A DNA stretch of 64,000 nucleotides from a virus. Shown here in pieces: positions 1-10,370 of this stretch (position 1 is the stretch's first letter; each line of letters starts with the position of its first letter). Both the position numbers and the translations under genes were made by a program. Under the pieces are notes generated by a model. That model was not told where the DNA came from. It searched no databases and saw nothing but the letters and a program-made list of their open reading frames with translations. Location of the stretch: IMG/VR virus record IMGVR_UViG_3300037046_000297, positions 3,258-67,257 of that record, one strand, 5' to 3'.

Positions 1-82
1 ATTTGCAATAAATCCTTAAACCAGGAGTATCCCTATGCAATTGCAATGTTCTGAATGCGTGTTTGGGTTTGGAGGTAGAGCC

Positions 83-277
83 ATGAAGACAAACAATCCC
101 CTCAATATCAAGATTGATGACCGGTTACTTGGTGTCGTCAACACAGCAACAAATTCCCTGGACTGTTCGCTATCCGAACTTGTCCGCGCCTGCCTGGAAA
201 TCGGAATCCCTGTCCTTATAGCCCATCCCGATATGGTTAAATTATTGCCGTTAAGGGCGTCCGGGTCAATAAAATAG
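83..277 (+). CDS. Small putative DNA-binding protein (ribbon-helix-helix-like)
   Basis: GGAGGT RBS before ATG at 83; LNIKID strand followed by SLSELVRACL helix pattern. Confidence 0.45.
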   Translation: MKTNNPLNIKIDDRLLGVVNTATNSLDCSLSELVRACLEIGIPVLIAHPDMVKLLPLRASGSIK

Positions 278-287
278 GGGTAATAAA

Positions 288-524
288 ATGGTATTACAAC
301 CGATGGGGCAGGCCGAAATCCTGTTGTCTCTGATCAATAAAGCCATGAAGGAACTGGAATTGATCAAACAGGAAGTGCGGGCCACGTTGCCGGCTGTCGA
401 GAAAAGATCCGGCGTGCCGATTGTGGACCCGCGGACCGGGATGCCGTTCAGGGAAAAGAAGGCGCCATGCCTGCAGTGCCAGCCGGAAACGGGCGGAACG
501 AAGAAGGGAGCTGAAAAACGATGA
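288..524 (+). CDS. Hypothetical phage protein
   Basis: RBS, operonic spacing. Confidence 0.5.
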   Translation: MVLQPMGQAEILLSLINKAMKELELIKQEVRATLPAVEKRSGVPIVDPRTGMPFREKKAPCLQCQPETGGTKKGAEKR

Positions 525-591
525 ATGAAAGGTGCGAATTTGTAAAGGTAGCGGCGGAGTCAGTTGTCTTATTTGCGGCAATTATCGCCAG

Positions 592-1134
592 ATGAAGTTT
601 CCATCCGTAACAACCATCCTGTCTCCGTTCACTGATTTCTCTGGGATACGGCCGGATGTCCTGGCGGCAGCGGCTGAGCGCGGGAACCGGGTCCATGCAG
701 CATGTGCAGTGCATGCCCGGGGATTGTGGGCGGATTGTTTTCTGCGGCAGGAAGACAAGGGCTTTTTTAAGAGTTTTCTGGGCTGGACAGATCGGGCCGT
801 GATGGAGTTTAAGGCCATCGAAATCGAGCTGATCAACACCAAACTCGGCTACATGGGGCACCCGGACGCAATCGTTAGAATGAAGGGTGATAGTCGGTTG
901 ACAGTCATCGATTACAAAACGCCGATGTCAGCATCAAAAACGTGGCTGCCCCAAATAGCGGCATATGCACATCTGGCAAAGGAAGGCGGATATGATATCA
1001 AGCGCGGACTTGCCGTTCGGCTGAGGAAGTCAGGCGGGAGCCCGATATTGACACAGGTCGATATCGACGGAGAACCCTGGGCTGCATTTCTGAACGCACT
1101 TGGAGCTTACAGGTACTTTAAAAAAGGGAGGTAA
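592..1134 (+). CDS. PD-(D/E)XK exonuclease-like phage protein
   Basis: PSVTTIL, RGNRVH, GHPDA, IDYKT, QIAAY motifs; lies upstream of the annealase; start could be 532. Confidence 0.8.
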   Translation: MKFPSVTTILSPFTDFSGIRPDVLAAAAERGNRVHAACAVHARGLWADCFLRQEDKGFFKSFLGWTDRAVMEFKAIEIELINTKLGYMGHPDAIVRMKGDSRLTVIDYKTPMSASKTWLPQIAAYAHLAKEGGYDIKRGLAVRLRKSGGSPILTQVDIDGEPWAAFLNALGAYRYFKKGR

Positions 1135-1139
1135 GGCGA

Positions 1140-1910
1140 ATGGATTTCATGGCAGCGGTAAAACAGGTTGAGGAAGCGCCGGCTGTACCTGTTCCGCCGG
1201 CATTGATTGGCATCAATGCGACCCATGCATGCCGGGTATTGAAACAGATGTACCTGCCTGAAATCGAGCGGATGAAGGCCCAGGCCCTGGCACATGTCGT
1301 AACAGATGAAGCCGGCCAAAACGGGGCTATCACAATGGCCGGACAAGCAAAAAAACTGGCAACAGCGATCGAGAAAAAGCGCAAAGAGGTTATCGAGGCG
1401 CCGAGTGAGTTTGTAAAGACTGTGAATAATTTCGTCAAAGTTTTTAAGGATACTCTTGACGAGATTGACAGGAAGTTGAAAGCCGGCATCCAGGCACACA
1501 TGACCAAGGTCCAGATGCAGCAAAGGGAGGCTCAGGAACGTGCGCGAATGGAAGCCGCAAAAATACAGCAGGAACTGGATGCACGGGCAGCGGCACTGAA
1601 CGCCCAGCGGGAAGCTGAGGCGCGGAAAGCAGTGAAGACCGGCAAATCTGTCAAGCCGATCGAGGATGAAGTATTGGCTCCGATTGTGGTGGCTCCAGTG
1701 GTCCCGGTTCAAAAGGTTTTCCGCTCGGAAACCGGGTCTTCCGTGCATCTCCGGAAAGATTGGGTTTGGGATGTTCTGGACATCAGTCTGATTCCTGGAA
1801 AATATCTTATGGTTGACAAGGTTTCCGTGAACCAGGCCGTCAAAAGCGGAATCCGGGAAATTCCGGGAATTCGAATCTATGAAACAGAATCTGCAATCAT
1901 CAAAGCATGA
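1140..1910 (+). CDS. Phage coiled-coil protein with Gp157-like C-terminus
   Basis: Long helical region; C-terminal DISLIPGKYLMVDKVSVNQAVKSGIREIPG. Confidence 0.6.
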   Translation: MDFMAAVKQVEEAPAVPVPPALIGINATHACRVLKQMYLPEIERMKAQALAHVVTDEAGQNGAITMAGQAKKLATAIEKKRKEVIEAPSEFVKTVNNFVKVFKDTLDEIDRKLKAGIQAHMTKVQMQQREAQERARMEAAKIQQELDARAAALNAQREAEARKAVKTGKSVKPIEDEVLAPIVVAPVVPVQKVFRSETGSSVHLRKDWVWDVLDISLIPGKYLMVDKVSVNQAVKSGIREIPGIRIYETESAIIKA

Positions 1911-1939
1911 CGACTTCGTAAAAAGTAAGGAGGTGGGTT

Positions 1940-3334
1940 ATGGAAGCAAGTTTACCGACGGTACAAAGCCGGTCTTTCGGGATAACCCCGAGGGGAATTG
2001 ACGAGGCAATCCGGCTTGCCAAAATCATGGCGGCATCCGGATTGATGCCCAAATCGATCGAAACCCCGGAAGCCGTTTTCGTGGCCATGCAGATGGGCGC
2101 GGAAATCGGATTGTCACCGATGGCGAGCGTTCAGAACATTGCTGTAATAAATGGGCGGCCTGGTATTTACGGCGATGCGGCCCTTGCGATTGTCCGGTCT
2201 TCCGGACTGCTTGAAGAATTCAAGGAATGGTCGGAAGGTGAGCGGAAAAAACCCGGCTGGACGTATTTCTGTCGGGTGAAAAGAAAGGGTTCTGAAGCGG
2301 TTACCGGTTCATATTCGTGGGCTGAGGCGTTAGAGGCCGGTTTTGATCAGGTGAAACCTGAAAGCCCGTGGAAAAGATGGACGAATCGTATGATGCAATT
2401 TAAAGCACGCAATTTCGCCATGCGGGATCAGTTCGCGGATTTCCTGAAGGGAATCCGGACCATCGAAGAAAACAGCGATGCGATTGTTTTGGAATCTACA
2501 GTCGGCAATGACGGGCATGAACAGTATCAGTTAAAGGCCCCGGCAGAAACCGAATTGTCGGGAAGCGGAAGTATTGATGAAAACGCTTTTGATATTCTTG
2601 CGGCAGAACAGTACCCGGAAGGCCAGGAAAAGCTCGTTGAATTTGTTGTTCTTACGGCAAAAGCCAACAGTGCGAGTGTTGACGATCTTAAAAACCGTGC
2701 AGTCGGAAATTGGAATGAATTTATCAAAGCGTTTGAGACCTGGGTGTCGAAACAAGCCTCGGCAAAAAAAGAACCGGAGAATGAAAAAGTGATTTCGGCT
2801 GCCCCGGAAACGACGGCGCCAACTCCTGCTCCGGATCCGGCAAGCAGGCCAGTAAACGTAACTGACCACCAGTGCCCCCGGAGTGATGCCGTGGTATGGA
2901 ATGATTTCCGGACCCGGTACATAAACCTGAAAGGCCCCGGTTTTTCAACTTTTGTTTTCCAGAACCTTGATTTATTCCGGCACTGCCCGCAAGACTTGCG
3001 GATGGAAGCGGTTGAAAAGTGGGTAAAATTGTACCCGAATCAGCCCTGGCCACTTGCGGGCCCACAAGCGCCCGCACCGGAAATACCGGCATCGGAAAAA
3101 AGCGCAGCCGCTATGCCCCTGAGTTACACCCCCCAGTACAAAAACCTGATGACACGAAAGGCTGAGTTCCCCAATGAGTATGCTGAGACAAAAAAAGAAC
3201 TTGGTGTTATGCCGAACACAGTAGAGGACTGCGAAAAAATACTGACTCGCATGATGGAAATGGTTGAAGCTCAAATAGACGGAAATACTGGGATCCCTGA
3301 TGGTGCAGAACCTGACGGATATGAAAGGTTTTAA
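1940..3334 (+). CDS. RecT/Redbeta-like ssDNA annealing protein with long C-terminal extension
   Basis: GAEIGLSPMASVQNIAVINGRPGIYG and RMMQFKARNFAMRDQFAD motifs; AGGAGG RBS. Confidence 0.8.
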   Translation: MEASLPTVQSRSFGITPRGIDEAIRLAKIMAASGLMPKSIETPEAVFVAMQMGAEIGLSPMASVQNIAVINGRPGIYGDAALAIVRSSGLLEEFKEWSEGERKKPGWTYFCRVKRKGSEAVTGSYSWAEALEAGFDQVKPESPWKRWTNRMMQFKARNFAMRDQFADFLKGIRTIEENSDAIVLESTVGNDGHEQYQLKAPAETELSGSGSIDENAFDILAAEQYPEGQEKLVEFVVLTAKANSASVDDLKNRAVGNWNEFIKAFETWVSKQASAKKEPENEKVISAAPETTAPTPAPDPASRPVNVTDHQCPRSDAVVWNDFRTRYINLKGPGFSTFVFQNLDLFRHCPQDLRMEAVEKWVKLYPNQPWPLAGPQAPAPEIPASEKSAAAMPLSYTPQYKNLMTRKAEFPNEYAETKKELGVMPNTVEDCEKILTRMMEMVEAQIDGNTGIPDGAEPDGYERF

Positions 3335-3486
3335 CGGCTAATCTGACTGGATGCCTCCCCGCTGGCGACCCGGCCCGTCAACGGCAATAATAAAGATTCT
3401 GTCGCAATCCAGTTCCAGTCAGGAAAAATCATTTCTGGGAAACAGAATCAAGGCCGGGGGTTTCTGAATAATGAATTGGAGAAATC

Positions 3487-3957
3487 ATGGAATATTCAGA
3501 TCCAAAACTTAACGCATGGGTCGGTATCGATCCGGGCGCTACGGGTGCTTGCGCATTGTTAAATGAAAATGACCACTACGATATTTTGGACTGGGAAGAT
3601 GAATTTGTATTATCTGAGACCATTTCAGAATGGAAAGAAATCTATAACATCAAAATCGTTGTTGTGGAAGCGCAGCATTCGATGCCGAAGCAAGGCGTTT
3701 CGAGTACATTCAAATTCGGCATCAATTATGGTTTAATCCGCGGAGTATTAGCTGCACAAAAAGTGCATACCGAGCTTGTCTCTCCGCAAGTATGGCAACG
3801 TGTCATGCTTCACAACGCTGATGGACCCGATACCAAGTCAAGGTCTTTGGTTTCTGCACGCAGGCATTTCCCAAATCTTCAACTCAAAAAGTCTCAACAC
3901 GGAAGGAGTGATGCAATACTTATGGCTTTATTTTCCAAGCGCCTTTTTCCTGTTTAA
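3487..3957 (+). CDS. RuvC-like Holliday junction resolvase (phage type)
   Basis: VGIDPGATGA, VVVE, STFKFGINYG, GRSDAILMA catalytic motifs. Confidence 0.85.
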   Translation: MEYSDPKLNAWVGIDPGATGACALLNENDHYDILDWEDEFVLSETISEWKEIYNIKIVVVEAQHSMPKQGVSSTFKFGINYGLIRGVLAAQKVHTELVSPQVWQRVMLHNADGPDTKSRSLVSARRHFPNLQLKKSQHGRSDAILMALFSKRLFPV

Positions 3958-4086
3958 AAAAAATGACTCAAAGGAGAACCGCATGAAACGCATGTTTTTT
4001 TATGGGGTGTTTGTCGGAATTTTAAAAACGGGAGGCGCTTGACGGTAATTCGGCAGGTGTCATGGCAAATTTTGATTCAGCAGGAA

Positions 4087-4119
4087 TCGGACCAAAAGGA
4101 GCCTTTTTTATTGGTCCGA
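4087..4119. terminator. Hairpin, possible terminator
   Basis: TCGGACCAA...TTGGTCCGA inverted repeat in an intergenic gap. Confidence 0.35.
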
Positions 4120-4178
4120 AAAAGCCCGGAAATTATAAAAAAAATACCACGTTATGATTAATAGATAGGGGGAAAGTC

Positions 4179-4502
4179 ATGTGCGATATTGTCTGGGTCA
4201 TCAACAAAAACACAAATGTCAAAAAAAGACTGGCAAAGTACGAGCGGATCGCTGGTTGCAACGAAAAAACCGGCGAGGTTTATATGCCTGCCGCACTCTT
4301 CGGTGGAGAATCCAACTGTATGATATGTTTATCTTTTGATGGGGTTGATTCACTTATTTACAATAAACACCTCTATTGTCCTGTGTCCTGGTTGAAAAAA
4401 GAATATCCATCAGATGCGATTGCCATTGAAAAAGCAGCGGAAAATATCCGGGAACTCGTACGAAATCAAGCGAAAGAAGTTCTAAATTTTCGGAAATCAT
4501 AA
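4179..4502 (+). CDS. Hypothetical phage protein
   Basis: ORF with GGGGG RBS. Confidence 0.55.
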   Translation: MCDIVWVINKNTNVKKRLAKYERIAGCNEKTGEVYMPAALFGGESNCMICLSFDGVDSLIYNKHLYCPVSWLKKEYPSDAIAIEKAAENIRELVRNQAKEVLNFRKS

Positions 4503-4584
4503 TCGGTCTTGTAGAAATTTTCTCCGCCCAGGTGACAAAGCCGGAGCTGGCCATGCGCTTTGATGCTTTGCGCGGAATGCCAGG

Positions 4585-5220
4585 GTGTTTTCCGTGACAA
4601 AAAAAGCAAAAAACAAATCCCGTAAAAAAACCAATTTTCAATCTATACCGGATAATTACGGGAACGTTACCGACCTTGCCAACCGCCTTGGCGTCACCAA
4701 GGGACGTGTTTCTCAACTCCACCAGAAAGGCGCTTTCGGCGATACATTTACCAGGCTCAACAACAGGCGATACATCATCGACATTGAAGCTGCCGTTGAA
4801 AATGTCAAAAAATATTCAGATCCCGTGGTCCGCGGACATAAAAACAAGATCGCCAGGTTGAACCTCCCGGATACACCACCTGAGCAGCGGACAGATGACA
4901 GAAGGCAGAAGGCAGAAACAGCAAAAACCATTGAGTTAGCAGGAATGTCCTTTAGCGCAGCTCGAACGTTAAAAGAACAGTATAACGCCGAAATGAAAAA
5001 ACTGGATTATGAGGAACGGGCCGGAAAATTGCTCCGGGACGAAGATGTCAGGAAAGGCGCCTTTGAAATGTACCGGAAAACCCGCGACAGTCTGTTAAAC
5101 ATCATCGACAGAATCAGCGCCCAGCTTGCAGCCGAAAAGAAGGAAGCCAATATCCGGATAATCCTGGAAAATGAAATCCGAAACGCTTTGACGCATATCC
5201 GAGACAGTTCCGATGATTAA
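4585..5220 (+). CDS. terS: Terminase small subunit (Nu1-like)
   Basis: N-terminal HTH (DLANRLGVTKGRVSQL), LDYEERAGKLL motif, overlaps terL start; exact start uncertain. Confidence 0.8.
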   Translation: MFSVTKKAKNKSRKKTNFQSIPDNYGNVTDLANRLGVTKGRVSQLHQKGAFGDTFTRLNNRRYIIDIEAAVENVKKYSDPVVRGHKNKIARLNLPDTPPEQRTDDRRQKAETAKTIELAGMSFSAARTLKEQYNAEMKKLDYEERAGKLLRDEDVRKGAFEMYRKTRDSLLNIIDRISAQLAAEKKEANIRIILENEIRNALTHIRDSSDD

Positions 5221-7069
5221 TAGCCGCACTTTTTTTATTCAAGCCGCCTGCGCAGGTCTTGAACTGGATCCCCTGACCACTGTTGACGAATGGGCAGATG
5301 AGAAACGGGTTTTAAATACCGTTGCTTCCCGTGAAGCCGGCAACTACCGCACAAAGCGCACGCCATATCTGCGGGAGATCATGCAGGTACTCTCGGTAAC
5401 CGAAACAGAGGTAAACGACGTCGTTGTTATGAAAGCCACGCAGATTGGCGGATCTGAAGTGGCAAACAATTTTATCGGTTATATTATCGACTGTGCCCCC
5501 GGTCCGATACTTTATATGTTGCCTACCGTGGAGCTGGCGGAACGCCACAGCCGGAACCGTATCGCCCCCATGATCGAAAGCATCCCCTCGATCGCTGCAA
5601 AGGTCCACCCGATAAAAAGCCGCACCGGCGGTAACACGGTACTGGCAAAAAACTTTGTCGGCGGCGCACTGTACATGGCCGGCAGCAACTCCGGCGCGGC
5701 TTTTAGAAATATCTCCATCCGATATCTGATCCTGGATGATATCGATGGGTTTGAACCGGATATCGGCGGTGAAGGAAGCCCCGTGAGCCTGGCCGAGCGC
5801 CGGACCGATACTTACTCCAGCCGGAAAAAAATTTTAAAGATCAGCACACCGACCCAGAAAGGCGGATCCCTGATCGAAAAAGAATTCCAGAAATCCGACC
5901 AGCGGTATTATCACGTGCCCTGCCCTTTTTGCGAGACCGTGCAAATCCTTATTTTCTCCACCAATAACGAAGAATATGGACTTAAATACACAGCGGAAAA
6001 CGGTGAGATAACAGATGTCTGGTACACCTGCATGCGCTGCCGTGAAAAAATCAACGAGCATTACAAAAGCAGGATGTTGAAAAATGGAAAATGGGTACCC
6101 CTGCAACCCAATCGGAAAAAACGCGGATATCACATCAGTGGTCTTCTGTCCCCCCCGGGGTTTGTATCCTGGCGCCAGATCGCTCAAGAATACATTGACG
6201 CAAAAAATGACCCCATGGCCCTGAAGGTCTGGGTAAATACCCGACTCGGCGAACCTTATGAAGTTGCCGGGGAACAACCGGAATGGGAAGATCTCCGGCA
6301 CCGGTGTGAACCTTACCCGCCGATGAAGCCGCCCCCGGGTGTCGTGTTCATCACGTTTGGCATTGACGTACAGGAAAACCGCATTGTGATTGTGATCCGT
6401 GGATGGGGAGTCGGTGAAGAATCCTGGCTTATCTGGCATGGGGAGATATACGGGGAATGGGAAATGCAGCTTGACGACTTGATTGCTTTCAACTTCACGC
6501 GCGATGATGCAGGCATCCCGGTTGTCGGTGTCGCCATCGATTCAGGTTATAAAACACAACAGGTTTATAACTATTGCCGGAAAAAAGACAGCCGCATATT
6601 CGCTGTAAAAGGCGAGCGAGCACGCAATAAACCCGTGCTCGGGAAACCATCGGTCCAGGATCTGAACTGGAAAGGCAAACTTATACCCAAAGGCGTCAAA
6701 TTATGGCCGGTCGGAACCGATACCGCAAAATCCACCCTTTACGGACGGCTGAAAAATATTACCACGCCCGGCCCCTGCTGTTACCACTGGTATGAATCCG
6801 TTACGGATGAGTATTTTCTTCAACTGACTGCTGAAAAAATCGAAACGCATATAAAAGGCGGTTTTCCGTACCTGGAATGGGTGAAAACGCGGGATCGAAA
6901 CGATGCACTTGATGCAGAAATTTACGCATACGCCGCCGCTATCCGCGCCGGTCTTCTCTGGCTCGGCAATCCCAAAAAACCGACGAAGACCGCCACCTCT
7001 CAGGCTCCCTTTAAAAAGAAAGTTACCGTGATCAGCTCATTCATGGAGCGGCAAAAGGGGAAACCATGA
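5213..7069 (+). CDS. terL: Terminase large subunit, lambda GpA family
   Basis: RTPYLREIM, MKATQIGGSE, LILDDIDG, ISTPT, YHVPCPFC, GIDVQ, IDSG, DALDAEIYA. Confidence 0.95.
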   Translation: MINSRTFFIQAACAGLELDPLTTVDEWADEKRVLNTVASREAGNYRTKRTPYLREIMQVLSVTETEVNDVVVMKATQIGGSEVANNFIGYIIDCAPGPILYMLPTVELAERHSRNRIAPMIESIPSIAAKVHPIKSRTGGNTVLAKNFVGGALYMAGSNSGAAFRNISIRYLILDDIDGFEPDIGGEGSPVSLAERRTDTYSSRKKILKISTPTQKGGSLIEKEFQKSDQRYYHVPCPFCETVQILIFSTNNEEYGLKYTAENGEITDVWYTCMRCREKINEHYKSRMLKNGKWVPLQPNRKKRGYHISGLLSPPGFVSWRQIAQEYIDAKNDPMALKVWVNTRLGEPYEVAGEQPEWEDLRHRCEPYPPMKPPPGVVFITFGIDVQENRIVIVIRGWGVGEESWLIWHGEIYGEWEMQLDDLIAFNFTRDDAGIPVVGVAIDSGYKTQQVYNYCRKKDSRIFAVKGERARNKPVLGKPSVQDLNWKGKLIPKGVKLWPVGTDTAKSTLYGRLKNITTPGPCCYHWYESVTDEYFLQLTAEKIETHIKGGFPYLEWVKTRDRNDALDAEIYAYAAAIRAGLLWLGNPKKPTKTATSQAPFKKKVTVISSFMERQKGKP

Positions 7070-7257
7070 CAATCGGAAAATTTACTTATGTTCACAAAGC
7101 CGCACAGGAGCTTTGTTGCACCGAACGACACATTTACGATTTGATCAAATCCGGTAAGCTTAAAGCCATCAGGCTCGGGCCTCGCGGCTTGCGTGTGTTG
7201 AAAGACTCCATTGATAAGTACATCAAGAAGAACATGCTCAAGGTATCTAAATTTTGA
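7066..7257 (+). CDS. Excisionase-like (HTH_17/MerR-type) DNA-binding protein
   Basis: AAQELCCTERHIYDLIKSGKLKAIRLG; its stop codon overlaps the MITE end. Confidence 0.8.
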   Translation: MTIGKFTYVHKAAQELCCTERHIYDLIKSGKLKAIRLGPRGLRVLKDSIDKYIKKNMLKVSKF

Positions 7258-7379
7258 TGGCTTCGCAAAAAGTCCAATCTCTGCGTTGCACTGCATCCTT
7301 CGTCATTGCGGCGTACGAAAAGTACGCCTCACTCCTCAGGGTTTGTGCGCCTTGATCTTGAACGTTTTGCTTTGCCATC
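7256..7379. mobile_element. MITE-like non-autonomous repeat
   Basis: Imperfect terminal inverted repeats GATGGCTTCGCAAAAAGT...ACGTTTTGCTTTGCCATC; internal hairpin GGCGTAC-GAAAA-GTACGCC. Confidence 0.7.
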
Positions 7380-7417
7380 ATGATCTGCATTTTTCTTTCA
7401 GCATCGAGGGCGGCAGC

Positions 7418-8371
7418 ATGTCAATAGGAACCGGATTCATCAAGCTACACCGGGCAATTCTTAATTCGGAAGTTTTTCAAAACGTAGCGCTGTTCAAGGT
7501 TTGGATATGGTGTTTGTTAAGAGCAAACTTCAAAAAATGTTCCTACAGCATACCAGCGGGCAAGGGTACGGCTGTTATTGAATTAGAACCGGGTCAATTT
7601 ATTTTTGGAAGAAATAAGGCGGCGCTTGAACTTAAAATGACCGAGAGCGGACTTTATAAACGAATACAAAAATTGAAAAATTCCGGGAACATCACCGTTG
7701 AAAGCAACAACAGATTTTCAATTATTACCATTGTAAAATGGCGTACTTACCAGGATTGCATCGGAATTGGCAACAGGGAGAACATGGACGAAAAAAAGAA
7801 ACAGCAAAGTAACAGCAAAAGCAACAACAAAAGTAACAGCCGAAGAAGCAGCGAAAGCAACAACAAAAATGATCAAATTATAACTGAAATTTCAGATAGT
7901 TGTAATCGTGGCGATGAAAAAAGCAACAACAAAAGCAACTGCAAAGTAACAGCTAAAGCAACTGCAAAAAGTTTTGAAAAGGATCACAGGATAAGAAGTA
8001 AAGAAAGAAAAGAAGAAGAAAGAAAAAAAAATTCTAGCGAATTTTCTTCCGGTGAGCTGGAAACCCCAACAGAAGTTTTCATTTTTAAAATTCCCCTTAA
8101 CGACAAAACAGAATTTGGAATCACTCAAAAAGATTACGACAAATGGCAGGATACTTTCCCGGCGGTAGATGTCATGGCACAACTGAAACGCATGGCACTA
8201 TGGTGTGATGACAATCCGAAGAACCGGAAAACTTCACGGGGAGTCCGAAAATTCATTTCTTCCTGGCTATCGAAAGAACAAGACCGGGCACAACGTGTCA
8301 ATCCAGGGTTCAAAAAATATGACAATGCGGCGAACATCAAAAAAATGATGGAGGAGCTCAGCGATGATTAA
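7418..8371 (+). CDS. Phage replication initiator protein
   Basis: GFIKLHRAIL, LEPGQFIFGR, ITIVKWRTYQ N-terminus; WCDDNPKNRKT..FISSWL C-terminus; start set at ATG 7418 because the longer ORF reads through the MITE. Confidence 0.85.
   Translation: MSIGTGFIKLHRAILNSEVFQNVALFKVWIWCLLRANFKKCSYSIPAGKGTAVIELEPGQFIFGRNKAALELKMTESGLYKRIQKLKNSGNITVESNNRFSIITIVKWRTYQDCIGIGNRENMDEKKKQQSNSKSNNKSNSRRSSESNNKNDQIITEISDSCNRGDEKSNNKSNCKVTAKATAKSFEKDHRIRSKERKEEERKKNSSEFSSGELETPTEVFIFKIPLNDKTEFGITQKDYDKWQDTFPAVDVMAQLKRMALWCDDNPKNRKTSRGVRKFISSWLSKEQDRAQRVNPGFKKYDNAANIKKMMEELSDD
7798..7970. repeat. Iteron-like repeats (putative phage origin) inside the initiator gene
   Basis: Repeated AAAG(C/T)AAC(A/T)(G/A)C units in an A-rich tract, analogous to the iterons within lambda O. 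Confidence 0.6.
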
Positions 8372-8657
8372 CAAGAAACGGCTTTTGGAAATGATGGTTG
8401 ACTTTGCCGAGGTTTGGCCGCGTGAAGTCACCCCCAAACTTGTGAACCTTTACGCGGATGTCTTGAAGGGATACCCGGCTGAAGATATTGAAACCGCTTT
8501 CCGGCAGGTTCTTGCAACAAACAGATACAAGTTTCCTGACCCTTCCGCATTTGTCGAGGCACTGGGCGGATACACGCATTCAGGGGTTCAGACGAAGAAT
8601 CCCATGCGAGAGTTCCGGGCGGGTGATCTTTCTTTTAACGCTGACCCAAAGGATTGA
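8364..8657 (+). CDS. Putative helicase loader/inhibitor
   Basis: Position between initiator and dnaB; LYADVLKGYP...KFPDPS pattern. Confidence 0.55.
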   Translation: MINKKRLLEMMVDFAEVWPREVTPKLVNLYADVLKGYPAEDIETAFRQVLATNRYKFPDPSAFVEALGGYTHSGVQTKNPMREFRAGDLSFNADPKD

Positions 8658-9964
8658 CCATGATTTCAGAATCATTGCCGCATAACGAAACAGCCGAGCT
8701 GAGTTTGTTGTCGGCATGTTTGCGAGATCCCCAAAGCCTGACCGATTCGGGTGACCTGCTTTCTCCGGGCGATTTCTATTCATCCAGGAATGGGAAGATC
8801 TTCAAAGTTTTTATGGAGTGCGCAGTCAGAAACCCGGAAAAACCGCTTGAAATGGCCGAGGTGATGACCGCGTTACAGCGTGAAGGCGTTTCCCTGTCCG
8901 TTATTCCCGAGCTTGACTTGGAGCCGATAGCCGTCAATATCGCAAGGGTTGCCGGGATCATCAAAGAAAAAGCCGTTCTACGGAGAACCATCGAAACATC
9001 ATTGGCCGGAATCAAGGCCATGATGACCTGCAACTGTGATGCCACTGAAATCATTGACGACTACCAGCGGAAGATTCTTTCAATCGAAATTTTCGGCAGG
9101 GCTGCGTGTGAAGCGTCCAGTATCAGCGAGCTGGTGAACGAGAGCCTTGACCGATATGAGCTTGCAGCGACAAAGGGCGGGGTTACCGGCCTTCCCACGG
9201 GCCTTTGTGACCTTGATGCGGTGCTGGGGGGCCTTCAGCCTTCTGACCTGATAATTTTGGCAGCCAGGCCGAGTATGGGCAAAACCGCCTTTGCCTTGAA
9301 TATCGCCGAGCGGTGCGGCGTTCCGGCGATTGTGTTCAGCCTTGAAATGTCAAAAAACCAGTTATCTGACCGGTCGTTATCCGGGCGGGCAAGAATAAAC
9401 CTTTCCCGGCTGACCACCGGCAAACTGTATGCCGATGATTGGGACCGGCTGAACCAGGCAGCCGGGGAGGTTTCAGAATTGCCGATTTACGTTGATGACA
9501 GTCCGGCGCTCCATTTTTCGGAAGTCAGACGGCGGGCGCGGATAGCGTACAAGCGGCACGGAATCCGCCTTGTGGTCATTGACTATCTGCAATTGATGCG
9601 CGGCGATGCAGTAAAAGGGAACCGTGAAGCCGAGATCGCAAGCATTTCCAGGGCGCTGAAGGGTCTTGCAAAAGAATTGTGCATTCCTGTCCTGGCGCTG
9701 AGCCAATTAAACCGAGAATTGGAAAAACGCAGCAACAAAAGGCCGCAGCTGTCTGACCTGCGTGAAAGTGGTCAAATTGAACAAGATTGCGATGTCTGCC
9801 TGTTTCTCTACCGCGATGAAGTCTATGACAAGTCACCCGAAAATCCGAACAGGGGCATTGCTGAAATTATCGTGGCGAAACACCGCAACGGGCCTATCGG
9901 CTTTGCAAAGGTTGCGTTTAATCCTGAAACTGTAATGTTCCGGAACCTTTGCCGGGGAAGATGA
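8654..9964 (+). CDS. dnaB: Replicative DNA helicase (phage DnaB)
   Basis: AARPSMGKT Walker A, FSLEMS, VIDYLQLM, LSQLNR, DLRESGQIEQD, KHRNGP. Confidence 0.95.
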   Translation: MTMISESLPHNETAELSLLSACLRDPQSLTDSGDLLSPGDFYSSRNGKIFKVFMECAVRNPEKPLEMAEVMTALQREGVSLSVIPELDLEPIAVNIARVAGIIKEKAVLRRTIETSLAGIKAMMTCNCDATEIIDDYQRKILSIEIFGRAACEASSISELVNESLDRYELAATKGGVTGLPTGLCDLDAVLGGLQPSDLIILAARPSMGKTAFALNIAERCGVPAIVFSLEMSKNQLSDRSLSGRARINLSRLTTGKLYADDWDRLNQAAGEVSELPIYVDDSPALHFSEVRRRARIAYKRHGIRLVVIDYLQLMRGDAVKGNREAEIASISRALKGLAKELCIPVLALSQLNRELEKRSNKRPQLSDLRESGQIEQDCDVCLFLYRDEVYDKSPENPNRGIAEIIVAKHRNGPIGFAKVAFNPETVMFRNLCRGR

Positions 9965-10324
9965 AAAATTGGTTGTTTGAGTATATATGTTTATTAAACA
10001 CATACCTCTATGGAAACACCCGTGAAAAATCCTTGCCATCCCTTAATAATCCTGCAACGACATTGCTTCTACCCTTAAGCGCCATGCCGTGCATGTTGTA
10101 TATACAAGTTGACTGCCTTTTTGTTGAGTTTTTTTTGATGTTTTTTAGGCGTGAATGCAGGACCGTTTTGACGTCTGTGACTGGGCTGGTGGATTGCGAC
10201 ATTTATGTTCCATTAATGGGGGAACCCCGGCTGCGCCTCGGTAGGTGGTAACTATTATAAATATAACCATAATATGGTAGAGAAAATTCATGTGTTGCAA
10301 CATTTTGTAACGTGAATGATACAC

Positions 10325-10355
10325 AAAAAAGCGGCGCCCTTGAGAGGATGCCGCT
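10325..10355 (-). terminator. Rho-independent terminator
   Basis: Minus strand AGCGGCATCCTCTCAAGGGCGCCGC followed by TTTTTT, directly after the stop at 10371. Confidence 0.75.
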
Positions 10356-10370
10356 GACAGACGGACTGAA

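Noticed and set aside
7211-7417. N-terminal extension of the replication initiator
   Set aside because: It translates through the HTH gene end and the MITE
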